Shown here piece after piece: positions 18,834 through 28,137 of a stretch of DNA of 64,000 nucleotides. The translations under genes and the position numbers were made by a program. Location: the NCBI GenBank assembly GCA_964350985.1, contig CAYGLK010000002.1, positions 229,406 through 293,405 on the forward strand, given 5' to 3'. Positions within the stretch are counted from its first letter, which is position 1, and every line of letters begins with the position of its first letter. The notes below the pieces were generated by a model. The model saw only the letters and a list, made by a program, of their open reading frames with translations. It did no database searches and was not told the DNA's origin. This DNA is from an uncultured Candidatus Saccharibacteria bacterium. GTDB lineage: Bacteria > Patescibacteriota > Minisyncoccia > Phycocordibacterales > UBA918.

Positions 18834-20648
18834 CTATACATTGCCACCTTCTCCGACTTCAGTAAGTTTATATTTTTTCTTACGTTCGATAATTTCAGAA
18901 GTGATGAAGTCTTCATTTTCAAGCTCAATCAGTGCACTGGCAACGTTTCTTGCACCGATGTCCTCTTCCTCTTTGATAGCTTCAATCAGCTCTTCTCGAT
19001 ACAGAGATTCATTAGCTAGTAACTCAAGTGCAAATTCTTTCGCACGTAGTTTCTTAATTGTTGTACTAGGTGCATTGCCACCATATAACAACTGTATTTG
19101 TGGATGTTCATCAGCATTCTCAATCAACACTACTTGTGCAGGTTCAGCACTCTTACCTCTACGTGACTTAGCGTGTCTGATAGTGATATTCACCGGGCCT
19201 TCTGCGCTTGTTTTCTCTACAACAACTAGTGAATCTAGGCGTCCAAGAATTGCTGATGAACCACGAAGGCTCTGAGCTTGTCCACCAAGACCCCCTTTTC
19301 TATTGTGGTGAATAAAGGCCACCGACACGCTAATCTCATTAAATTTCTGCATAGCTGTCATCACGACCTGCATTTCCTCAGCATTGTTTTCTACTTTGTT
19401 GTGTAATGCAGCGAATGGGTCAAAGATTATTAATCCAATCTCATGCTTTTCACACAATTTAATTAAGCGGCTCACGCTCTCTGGCTTGTCTAGCTTAAAC
19501 TCTCTCTGGCAACAAAAGTAAATATCAAGCTCATCAGTATAGCCAAGCAACTCCAGTCTGCGTCGCATCTCCCATTTTCCACTTTCCTCATCTACAATTA
19601 AGACTTTCTTTTTTATACTCTTAAACTCATTGAGAAATTTATCTCCAATCGCTACAGCTCTGGCCATCTCTAACATTAACCAGCTTTTACCACATCCCGG
19701 GTGTCCTGACATTGCAGTAATTCCGTTTTCAGGCACAAGGCCTTCAATCAGAAATTTAGGTCTCTCCGATTCAGGCATTTTTAATAACTCACCTACAGAC
19801 AGTGGAGGTTCGTAATTTTTTGTTAAATCAACAACCCCTTTATCTTTTCTTTGTTGTTTCTGTTTTGCACTAAGCGAGCTATAAATGCTATTTAACTCTG
19901 AGTTGGGGAGAGGTGGATCGCACATAGCATCATTCCAACTTGCTAATGATGTATATACCACTTCACTCCAATCTTTTTCTGGTATATGTGCTAGTAGTTT
20001 ACCCGCTAGCCGTACTGCCGTGTTGTGGCGGTTACCTTCACTTACTGGCTCGGACAAGACTCCGTCCCATTCTTCTTTTTCAAGTTTAGTACTTGTAAGT
20101 GTTTCGATTAGCCACTCAGGTGCAGTCTGTAAGTCACTTGTGCCCAGTGGCTTTATCCATTCATATTCTTTTCCAGTGTCAGGATGTATTGAAGGTGGTG
20201 CAACGATGTACTGTCTATTTCCCTTAACATCACCCTCAATCCCGTGCTTCTTTAGACTTGTAGATGTGAATTCCCAACTGTCCTCACCTATGCCTGAAAA
20301 GTAATAATGGATGCCGTCCCGACCGCTCTTTGAACGAACGCAATTTGTTGGTAGGTCTAGCTTTGATAAATCTTGCTCTGCTTCTAAATCTAGTACAAAC
20401 ATATTTTCAAAGTAACCAGTTCTCAGACCAACGCCTGTGATACTTTTACCAAACTGTTCAAACCATCTTTTTACGTCGGAATGATTGGGTTCATACTCTT
20501 CTTCACTCCACCCTTTGACTAAAGGTCGCTTTCCATTAAGTGGTATTATAACCTTGTCTTGCTCAATGTATTCAAGCATTGCCTCCTCTATTTTTTGCTG
20601 ATTACTAGTATGTGACTTCATCGGAGTCTTGCTTACGTTTGGTATCAA
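18834..20648 (-). CDS. Bifunctional primase-polymerase (Prim-Pol) + PriCT + RepA/AAA_25 helicase
   Basis: KRPL..W, FVLDLE, GIHYYF, YIVAPPSIHPDTG, EGNRHN, GHPGCGKS, IIFDP, IHHNRK, LRGSS. Confidence 0.88.
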   Translation of the reverse strand: MIPNVSKTPMKSHTSNQQKIEEAMLEYIEQDKVIIPLNGKRPLVKGWSEEEYEPNHSDVKRWFEQFGKSITGVGLRTGYFENMFVLDLEAEQDLSKLDLPTNCVRSKSGRDGIHYYFSGIGEDSWEFTSTSLKKHGIEGDVKGNRQYIVAPPSIHPDTGKEYEWIKPLGTSDLQTAPEWLIETLTSTKLEKEEWDGVLSEPVSEGNRHNTAVRLAGKLLAHIPEKDWSEVVYTSLASWNDAMCDPPLPNSELNSIYSSLSAKQKQQRKDKGVVDLTKNYEPPLSVGELLKMPESERPKFLIEGLVPENGITAMSGHPGCGKSWLMLEMARAVAIGDKFLNEFKSIKKKVLIVDEESGKWEMRRRLELLGYTDELDIYFCCQREFKLDKPESVSRLIKLCEKHEIGLIIFDPFAALHNKVENNAEEMQVVMTAMQKFNEISVSVAFIHHNRKGGLGGQAQSLRGSSAILGRLDSLVVVEKTSAEGPVNITIRHAKSRRGKSAEPAQVVLIENADEHPQIQLLYGGNAPSTTIKKLRAKEFALELLANESLYREELIEAIKEEEDIGARNVASALIELENEDFITSEIIERKKKYKLTEVGEGGNV

Positions 20649-21078
20649 CTTTTTCCTTTGTTAATGGAGGTTTGTATCCCTCATCATTAGCTTGTTTCAC
20701 AAAGTGTGAGATAAGTTTATGAACGTCAATGTGAAATATACTCATACCGTTTCTGTTTTGCTCTGGCTGGTAGTCTGCTTCGTTGAAGGTCCAGAACGAT
20801 GCAATTGGCGTGTTCCTACCGACTGGAAATGAGTAATTGATCGTGTAACCAAAAATGTCTCTAAAGCTTCGGTTGTGCGATGCATCTTTGGTTGGGTAGT
20901 AGAATCCGTCCGTCTGGTAGTTGTGGTCAACACGTGTGACAAATTGTTTGATAAGTTGTTCCTCAGTTAGCTCTGTTTGTTGCAGTGCAGTGTATTCTTC
21001 AGTTGTAATTTTGCTTGGATTCATATTCTTCTTATTATTGATTAAGCATGAGTATGTCGAAGAGTGCCTCGTAGGCAC
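20605..21078 (-). CDS. Hypothetical protein coupled to primase gene
   Basis: ORF overlapping primase start; true start may be ATG near 21025. Confidence 0.6.
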   Translation of the reverse strand: MPTRHSSTYSCLINNKKNMNPSKITTEEYTALQQTELTEEQLIKQFVTRVDHNYQTDGFYYPTKDASHNRSFRDIFGYTINYSFPVGRNTPIASFWTFNEADYQPEQNRNGMSIFHIDVHKLISHFVKQANDEGYKPPLTKEKVDTKRKQDSDEVTY

Positions 21079-21275
21079 ATTCCAGCTCTTTTGTTTCGAT
21101 GCTGTTTAATTCCTTAGTACTCATGCGAGTAGTCTAATAAACACAGCATTTTTTACTTTTTTTAAAATTTTGCTCCTTTTTTACAAGTGGATACACTCAA
21201 AAGAACCTTGTTTTTACAAGTTTTTTTGAAGATGTTATTAAAAATATTTAATTGGAGTGTAAAACTTTACTCTTC

Positions 21276-22010
21276 TTAATTCAGCTCCACTAATACAAAA
21301 CCTTTTTTCGTATTACCATTTATCTCAACTGGCACACCTTTCCTTTTTAAGTATGCTCGAGAATCTTTTACTATCTTAATGAGTGCATCTTGGTTCTTAG
21401 TTAAACCTAATTTAGATACTAGTTCGTTATGGCTCACTCGCAGTACTTTAGTAAGTTTATTTTTCTTACAACGTGTTGGCCATAAAATTTTGAACATTTG
21501 TTGTTTCTTTTTTCCTGAGACCGTGTAAAAGTTGGTACCACCCCAAACGAACTTATTTTCATACTTACTATAGTGCAGTGAATCTACTGAACTCTTTTTT
21601 TGCCTTCCAGTAAGAACAGATACCAACAGTTGATATTCGATTGCAGTATCTGTCATTAAGTTTGTCAGGGTGCTACTTTCTGAATTTAAAAGCTCGTCGT
21701 CATGTTCGATGAACTTAGCTATGCCGCTCGTTGTAACGAAGTTATTTTCCAGAAACTCACGTAATAGTGAGAAGTTTGATTCAAATGAATTAAATTGCTC
21801 CTTCAACTGTTCCTCCAAAAAAACAAAAGAAGGTCTACTCAATAGTTGTATATATTGATCCAACACATTTAGTCGTTTTGCTGAAAAACGTCCAGTGCTT
21901 TCAATTTCATAAAACCATTCGTCAATAAATATTTCTGGTAGAGCAAGAAAAAATGCTTCTCTTCTGTCTCTATCATCCAGTAAAGGCATTGTTAGTGGTG
22001 AAATATTCAT
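21276..22010 (-). CDS. Hypothetical protein with basic C-terminal winged-helix-like domain
   Basis: 244-aa ORF; acidic helical N-terminus, K-rich C-terminus ending in beta-hairpin-like GNTKKGFVL. Confidence 0.6.
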   Translation of the reverse strand: MNISPLTMPLLDDRDRREAFFLALPEIFIDEWFYEIESTGRFSAKRLNVLDQYIQLLSRPSFVFLEEQLKEQFNSFESNFSLLREFLENNFVTTSGIAKFIEHDDELLNSESSTLTNLMTDTAIEYQLLVSVLTGRQKKSSVDSLHYSKYENKFVWGGTNFYTVSGKKKQQMFKILWPTRCKKNKLTKVLRVSHNELVSKLGLTKNQDALIKIVKDSRAYLKRKGVPVEINGNTKKGFVLVELN

Positions 22011-22155
22011 TTTTAAATACTATTTTGAATCAAAGCAAAATGCAACACTATATAGGTGTTGCACATTGCAAAGGTGACTAATGGTAATTACCTAATACAT
22101 CACCAATCCAGTGTCTCTCGTAGGACTCTAGGGTTCATCGTGGGTACTCTATTGG

Positions 22156-22656
22156 CTAAATAGACACACATTTCCTTGATTCATCATATCCATCACTAGA
22201 CATGACAATTCCCCTACTTACTCCCTCACCAAGTAAAGTAGTAGTTGTAATATCTGGCCAGTCAGAAAACTCTACTGCAACAGCATCAACTGAAAGTGTC
22301 AGACCTGTATAGTCCAACTTGTTTGTTGCATAAGTAGCAATATCACCAGCACCTTCAAGACCTGTACCTTGCAAGTCACCACTGATGAAATAAACACTTG
22401 AGAAATCGTTTGATTTAACAGCTTTTACATTCCGTATAGACCCACCTCCATTTATATTCAAACCACTGTTAAGTCTTTCTACGAGTGTGTCTGGTACCTC
22501 AAGACATCGTGAGGTAACAGTGCTAGTGCTCCCTACTCCTGCTGGCTCCGCATCTGATGCTGTATCTATTACAACCGCAACTATTATTACAAATACAATC
22601 AGTACTAACCACGTCACTGGTGAAGTTTTCTTCTTTTCAACTTTATCTTGCTCCAT
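22156..22656 (-). CDS. Hypothetical membrane-anchored protein
   Basis: KKK + hydrophobic TM, two Cys in ectodomain. Confidence 0.7.
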   Translation of the reverse strand: MEQDKVEKKKTSPVTWLVLIVFVIIVAVVIDTASDAEPAGVGSTSTVTSRCLEVPDTLVERLNSGLNINGGGSIRNVKAVKSNDFSSVYFISGDLQGTGLEGAGDIATYATNKLDYTGLTLSVDAVAVEFSDWPDITTTTLLGEGVSRGIVMSSDGYDESRKCVSI

Positions 22657-22696
22657 AAATTTTGGTATTACCTAGTAAACCCCAGAGCAGAACATA

Positions 22697-22830
22697 CAAA
22701 AAGCCCACTACCAGGTGGACCGAAGTCCTACTAAGGTTTCCCCTAATAACGTTGAAGACGCAACCTGATAATGGGTTGTTTGTCTTCAACGATTTTCGAC
22801 CATACCTCTGTCTCACGACAAAGGGTTAGG
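22697..22830 (-). ncRNA. Structured RNA element, c4/CI antisense-like architecture
   Basis: Minus strand: GUGA, GAAA and cUUCGg tetraloop hairpins; closing stem CCCAUUAUCAGG/CCUGGUAGUGGG with G-U pairs followed by U run. Confidence 0.55.
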
Positions 22831-22948
22831 TCATTGATATTCAGTTGTCATCCAATAGTATTTCTTTTGATCGTTAATGTAAACCTTGCCGTTAACTAGA
22901 TTGTGGAAAAGGATCATTTTTAAGATAAATGTATATTAAAATGATCCT

Positions 22949-23944
22949 ATGATAAGTTCAGCTTTAATCACTGTGGAAGAGGCTGCTGATTTGCTCAAAG
23001 TAAACACGATAACAGTGTACAGGAATATTAAAAACGGCACATTAAAAGCTAAGAAAAATGGCAAGACCTACTCTATTGTTCTAGAAGATTTAGTTAATTT
23101 TATTAACGTTAAAAATATGAAATCTTCTCAAACTACTTCAAGGAAAGCAAAACCATTCTTAAAGTGGGCGGGTGGAAAAAGACAACAGGTTGATCTTCTG
23201 TCAGAGCAGATACCAGTTGTAATAAATGGAACTTACCACGAACCATTCCTAGGAGGTGGTGCGTTGTTTTTCCATTTGCAACCACAAAAGGCGAAACTAT
23301 CTGATTCAAACTCAGAGTTGATTAATGCTTACACAGTAGTGAGGGATAGTGTGGATGACCTGATTGATTCACTATCTATACATAAGAATAATGAAGACTA
23401 CTATTACGAAACCAGAAGTATAAACCCTCTTGATCTAGACCCTATCAAGCGTGCAAGTAGAACAATTTACTTAAATAAAACCTGCTTCAATGGCCTCTAT
23501 AGGGTAAACAAGAAAGGTATTTTTAACGTACCTTTTGGAAAGAAGAAGGGAGAATTTACATACGATACTGCCAACTTGAGACTAGCAAGCGAAGCTCTTA
23601 AAAATGTTGAATTGACTGTTAGTGATTATAAAGAATCCCTAAAGGGTATAAAAAAACAGGATGTTGTTTACATAGACCCCCCGTATTATCCAGTAGGTGG
23701 CTTTGCCGACTTTCAAAGATATACAAAAGAGTGCTTCTCAGAACATGATCACGATCAGTTGTTTAATCTTTTTAAAAAGATTTCTGACAGAGGGGTGACA
23801 ATAATCCAATCTAATTCGAATTCAAAATACATACTTGATAAATACTCAGAATTTCACATGGATATTATTGATGCCAAACGATTAATTAGTAGCAACTCTG
23901 CAACCAGAAATAGTAAGGATGTAATTATTTACAGAAAAAAATAG
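22949..23944 (+). CDS. Dam-family (D12) N6-adenine methyltransferase with N-terminal HTH_17
   Basis: ITVEEAADLLKVNTITVYRNIKNG; FLKWAGGK, EPFLGGG, FNGLYRVN, YIDPPY. Confidence 0.92.
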   Translation: MISSALITVEEAADLLKVNTITVYRNIKNGTLKAKKNGKTYSIVLEDLVNFINVKNMKSSQTTSRKAKPFLKWAGGKRQQVDLLSEQIPVVINGTYHEPFLGGGALFFHLQPQKAKLSDSNSELINAYTVVRDSVDDLIDSLSIHKNNEDYYYETRSINPLDLDPIKRASRTIYLNKTCFNGLYRVNKKGIFNVPFGKKKGEFTYDTANLRLASEALKNVELTVSDYKESLKGIKKQDVVYIDPPYYPVGGFADFQRYTKECFSEHDHDQLFNLFKKISDRGVTIIQSNSNSKYILDKYSEFHMDIIDAKRLISSNSATRNSKDVIIYRKK

Positions 23945-23945
23945 T

Positions 23946-24989
23946 ATGACTCCAGATACACAAAAGCAGTTAAAAAAATATCCAGGCACCCGTTTTATGG
24001 GTAGTAAATATAAAGTACTACCAGAAATAGAGAAAGTATTAGCTGACTTGGAATTTGATACAGTACTCGATGCTTTTTCTGGAAGTGGTTGTGTCTCATA
24101 TCTGTTCAAAACGATGGGAAAAGAGGTTCATAGCAATGACTTTATGAAGTACTCGCACAGCACATCTAAGTCTCTCATTGAAAATAGCGATTTTCTCTTA
24201 AAAAAAAGTGACATTGAGTATATTACTGCTATAAACAGCAAGAGTAATTTCATTTCAAAGAAGTTTAAAGACTTATATTTTAGTGACGAAGATAATAAAT
24301 TTCTAGATTCTGCTTTTAGTAATATACACAGCATTAGAAACCCTTATAAAAAATCAATGGCTTTAGCTTCAATCTCAAGAGCTATGATTAAACGTAGACC
24401 AAGAGGTGTGTTTACATACGTAGGTAATAAATTTGATGACGGTAGAAAGGATTTAAATCAAAGTCTTGAACAACACTTCATCGATAATGTCGCTATTTTT
24501 AATAACGCAGTTTTTGATAATGGCAAAGAAAATTACTCATATCATGGAGATATTTTCAGTCTTGAATTAGAAAAACAAATGGACCTTGTTTACATGGATC
24601 CTCCATATCTATCAAAAAGTTCTGATAATGATTATGTGCGTCGATATCATTTTGTAGAAGGTTTTGTTGATGGGTGGAAAAATGTTGAAATTGACGAAGC
24701 TACAAAAACAAAAAAGTTTCCTTCGTACAAATCCAGATTTGGTTCAAAAAAGACAATAGACTTAGCTTTCTTTGACATCTTTAAAAAGTTTGAGAAAAGT
24801 AATATCTTGTTATCCTATTCATCAAATTCAATACCAGACAAAGATACTTTGATCGAGATGCTGGCAAAAACTCACAAAACAGTTAATGTATATGAGATAG
24901 ACCATGTCTACTCTTTTGGTACTCATAGTCACAAGAAAAATAACACCACAAACAGAGTCAAAGAATACTTCTTCTTAGCAAAACCTTAA
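23946..24989 (+). CDS. Second D12-class N6-adenine methyltransferase
   Basis: RFMGSK, DAFSGSG, YMDPPY, DYVRRYHF. Confidence 0.9.
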   Translation: MTPDTQKQLKKYPGTRFMGSKYKVLPEIEKVLADLEFDTVLDAFSGSGCVSYLFKTMGKEVHSNDFMKYSHSTSKSLIENSDFLLKKSDIEYITAINSKSNFISKKFKDLYFSDEDNKFLDSAFSNIHSIRNPYKKSMALASISRAMIKRRPRGVFTYVGNKFDDGRKDLNQSLEQHFIDNVAIFNNAVFDNGKENYSYHGDIFSLELEKQMDLVYMDPPYLSKSSDNDYVRRYHFVEGFVDGWKNVEIDEATKTKKFPSYKSRFGSKKTIDLAFFDIFKKFEKSNILLSYSSNSIPDKDTLIEMLAKTHKTVNVYEIDHVYSFGTHSHKKNNTTNRVKEYFFLAKP

Positions 24990-24991
24990 AT

Positions 24992-26713
24992 ATGTCAAAA
25001 GTCTGGAATATTGGAAATACAACAGTTAGAAATCCTAAAAGGATTGAAATGGGTCTGAGAGTCATGAACGAGCAGAACCTTTTTGGTTGTATGGAGGGAG
25101 CTGAAAATGAAGAAGCGTTAACAAAGGCATTAGTAGATTCTGGAGTTGTAGATTCTAAATCTGAGGGTAAAAGTGCAGCATGGTTAGGTAGAAAATGGAG
25201 GAGTGTAATGGTCAAACTTGGCTTCTTAACTAGCAATAAATATAGGATTCAAGGAAAGACATTTAAAGTAGAAGATCTGGAGGGTTACACTAGTTTTTCA
25301 AAATCTCCATATGTATTGACGCCAGCAGGTCAACGCATGGTTAGCTCTACTACACAGGGTGAGGTTAGTGACGTATTTCTTAAGCAAATGATTAAGCATG
25401 CAGTTCCTAACCCTTCAGAAACAGCTAGGGATTTTGACTCGCACATAAAACCGTTCATACTTTTCTTATCTGTATTGAGATCGATTCAAAATGAAGGTAA
25501 GGGTCTAAACCAAAAGGAGATTGCTATTTTTATACAAAAGATTCAGCCTCACAAAGAAGGTTTGTCAGAAGTAATAGTGAAAGAAATTTTAGATTATCGA
25601 GAGAAAAGAGATGCACTTGATTCCAAAAGAACTAAGAGAGAATTTGACCAAAGTTTACTAGAAAAAAATGCAGAAGAAATGTCTATTAAGTCTACTACTC
25701 CATTAGACTATGCTGACACTACAATCAGGTACTTCTCGATGACAGGTCTGTTCGAAATGATTGGAAGCAGAGTAAATATTAAAGAAGAAAAGAAAGATTT
25801 GGTTGATGATATATTGGAATCAACTAGCATTGAAAATATATTAACCGGTGTTGATTACCTAAATGCTTTTTACGGAAATATACCTGTTGTTAAAAATGAG
25901 GAAGTTTCTGCCAGAAAAGAGTACTCCAGTCTTCTTAGAAAAGCCAAAGCATTTGATTTAAAGTTACCTACTATTGAAGTTGATCCAACTTTGGAGGAAC
26001 TAAAGACCGTAACTTTTAATCTGGAAGAACAAATACTATTAGCGGTTGAAGATAAATTTGCCTTAGAACAGCAAACAGATATTGAGATAGAAAAAATTAA
26101 ATACCATATATCAAAAATAGCTAATAAAGACAGGGATTACTTTAGATCAATCGTAGATATGCCAGCAAACTTGGAGTGGGTGGTATGGAGAGGGTTTCTT
26201 TCGATTGACCACATTACTTGTCCCATTCAGGAAACAAGAGGATTTCCTGTAGATGCAGATCTTAAACCTCGATATCCAGCACCTGGAGGAAGAGCAGATA
26301 TGCTCTTTGAATTTGAAGATCATTATCTTGTAGTTGAGGTTACCTTGACTACATCAACGAGACAATATATTGCTGAGTGTGAACCAGTTAGGAGACATGT
26401 TGCTGAAGAGAGAGGAGGTAAGCCAGTATATGGACTATTTATTGCTCCTAGTTTGGATAATAATTTCCTACACGGGTTAAGAGAGTACTATAAAGGTGAC
26501 GATCTAGTTCAACTGAAAATTCTTCCTTTGACCCTAAACGATTTTGAAACCATTATTGATCTTCATAAGACCAGTAAACTGAATCCTTCAGATATTAAAG
26601 AGTTAGTATTAAAGGGGTCTGATGAGAAAATTACAAATGCTATTGAATGGAGGCAACACATTCAGGATACACTTGCTGGTTGGGTATCTGAAAGAACAAA
26701 AGAAGTTGTATAA
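24992..26713 (+). CDS. AlwI-family type IIS restriction endonuclease
   Basis: WNIGNTTVRNPKRI, DYADTTIRYFSMTGL, APGGRAD..VEVTL..EPVRRH, GLFIAP. Confidence 0.88.
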   Translation: MSKVWNIGNTTVRNPKRIEMGLRVMNEQNLFGCMEGAENEEALTKALVDSGVVDSKSEGKSAAWLGRKWRSVMVKLGFLTSNKYRIQGKTFKVEDLEGYTSFSKSPYVLTPAGQRMVSSTTQGEVSDVFLKQMIKHAVPNPSETARDFDSHIKPFILFLSVLRSIQNEGKGLNQKEIAIFIQKIQPHKEGLSEVIVKEILDYREKRDALDSKRTKREFDQSLLEKNAEEMSIKSTTPLDYADTTIRYFSMTGLFEMIGSRVNIKEEKKDLVDDILESTSIENILTGVDYLNAFYGNIPVVKNEEVSARKEYSSLLRKAKAFDLKLPTIEVDPTLEELKTVTFNLEEQILLAVEDKFALEQQTDIEIEKIKYHISKIANKDRDYFRSIVDMPANLEWVVWRGFLSIDHITCPIQETRGFPVDADLKPRYPAPGGRADMLFEFEDHYLVVEVTLTTSTRQYIAECEPVRRHVAEERGGKPVYGLFIAPSLDNNFLHGLREYYKGDDLVQLKILPLTLNDFETIIDLHKTSKLNPSDIKELVLKGSDEKITNAIEWRQHIQDTLAGWVSERTKEVV

Positions 26714-26746
26714 GTTTGTGGGACTCTTCTTATGGATGAGTTTCCT
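26714..26746. repeat. attR of comM-integrated element
   Basis: TTTGTGGGAC (26715-26724), core TTAT 26730-26733, then comM GGATGAGTTTCCT. Confidence 0.85.
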
Positions 26747-27328
26747 GAATTTGACAGACGCTCTCTTGATGCCCTACGTCAACCACTGGAGGACAGGATG
26801 GTAAGTATTTCTCGCATTCAAGGTACCGCACTTTTCCCAGCTGATTTTATTTTAGTAGCAGCTATGAATCCTTATCGTGGGCAAGAAGATGGTACGACCA
26901 ATCTCGCTCGGGCTATGCAAGAAACTTACAAAGGAAAAATATCAGGACCGATTTTAGACAGAATTGATTTGTGGATTGAGGTACCTCATGTTGATTATGA
27001 AACTCTCACAAACCTCAACCGAAAAAGTGACGAGACGAGGTATGCTCGTGACCAGATTAAAAAAGCCCGCAGCTTACAAGAAGAGAGACTCCGAGATAGA
27101 GGAGTTGTTACTAATGCCGAGATGACTAGTCGCGACATCGACTACTGCATTAAACTGAGTCCGGAAGTATCTGAGCTACTAAAAATGTCGTCAGAAAAAT
27201 TAAACCTCTCTCCCCGCAGTTACCATAGACTAATTAAAGTCGCCCGCACTATTGCTGACCTAGATGACCAGGAAGAGATCGAAACAAAACATGTACTTGA
27301 GGCCCTTCAGTATAGAATAACAATATAA
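26732..27328 (+). pseudogene. comM: ComM 3' part (intact reading frame)
   Basis: MDEFPEF..LDALRQPLED, LVAAMNP, KISGPILDRID, VARTIADL, EALQYR. Confidence 0.92.
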
Positions 27329-27334
27329 TGAAAT

Positions 27335-28087
27335 ATGAAAAAAATACTTTACTTACTGATTATTATTTTAGGTATAGTGACAACAGTTACCTATCTAAAT
27401 ATATCTAAGAACGAAAAGCTTAATGAGCTCAAATTTTCAAACACCCAAGAGTGGGACCAATTTTATCTTCAAGCTCTAACAAAGCCTGTATTGTTGGTGT
27501 CGGATGCATTGGAGGTAATAAAATTAGATAAATCTCCACTAAACACTTCGCAAAAAACAATTGAGGAATTGGATTACTTACATCTTCTTGTTGCAGAAAG
27601 AACTGAAAGTAAAGAAGAAGAAATAAAAGCAGAACAAGAATTAACTACTACTATTTATAATGGTTTAACTTTCGAAGAAATTATTAAAGACAAACCTCGT
27701 ACTGAAAAACTTCTCAACTCTTCTCTCTCTGAAATTCTAACTGTAATACTTCATTTCAAAAATCAATTTGATAGAGTTAGGCCTAATATTTTAGACACCA
27801 GCCTGACAACTTCTATATCAGTACCTGGACACCCGGCATATCCAAGTGGCCACGCTACGCAGTCTTACCTAATCTACTTAATCTTATCTGACTTAGATCC
27901 TAAAAATCAAGAATCCTACAAGGAAGATGCTTATCGAATTGCTCACAATCGTGAGATTGGTGGCCTGCATTATCCAACTGATTCAGAAGCTGGCAGAGAT
28001 TTGGCAACGCAGTACTTTAATCTATTAAGGAAATCGACCTGGTACGAATTAAATATTAGTTTAGCCAGAAGTGAATGGGAAAAGTAA
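27335..28087 (+). CDS. PAP2-superfamily phosphatase, N-terminally anchored
   Basis: KNQFDRVRP, YPSGHA, REIGGLHYPTD. Confidence 0.85.
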   Translation: MKKILYLLIIILGIVTTVTYLNISKNEKLNELKFSNTQEWDQFYLQALTKPVLLVSDALEVIKLDKSPLNTSQKTIEELDYLHLLVAERTESKEEEIKAEQELTTTIYNGLTFEEIIKDKPRTEKLLNSSLSEILTVILHFKNQFDRVRPNILDTSLTTSISVPGHPAYPSGHATQSYLIYLILSDLDPKNQESYKEDAYRIAHNREIGGLHYPTDSEAGRDLATQYFNLLRKSTWYELNISLARSEWEK

Positions 28088-28137
28088 AAAGTCATAATAA
28101 AAAACTCCCACTGGGGTTTTTTATTATGACTTTTTTA
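28085..28137. terminator. Bidirectional terminator between convergent genes
   Basis: AAAAAGTCATAATAAAAAACTCC..GGGGTTTTTTATTATGACTTTTT. Confidence 0.75.

Larger units (their letters stand above)
13638..26733. mobile_element. 13.1-kb serine-recombinase integrative element inserted in comM
   Basis: Separates two in-frame halves of comM; terminal att arms; encodes LSR, primase-helicase, RM system. Confidence 0.92.

Noticed and set aside
13638-26733. Prophage, or avoidance of GGATC as a clue to RM specificity
   Set aside because: No structural or lysis genes recognised; GGATC/GATCC occurs several times in the element, so no support for avoidance
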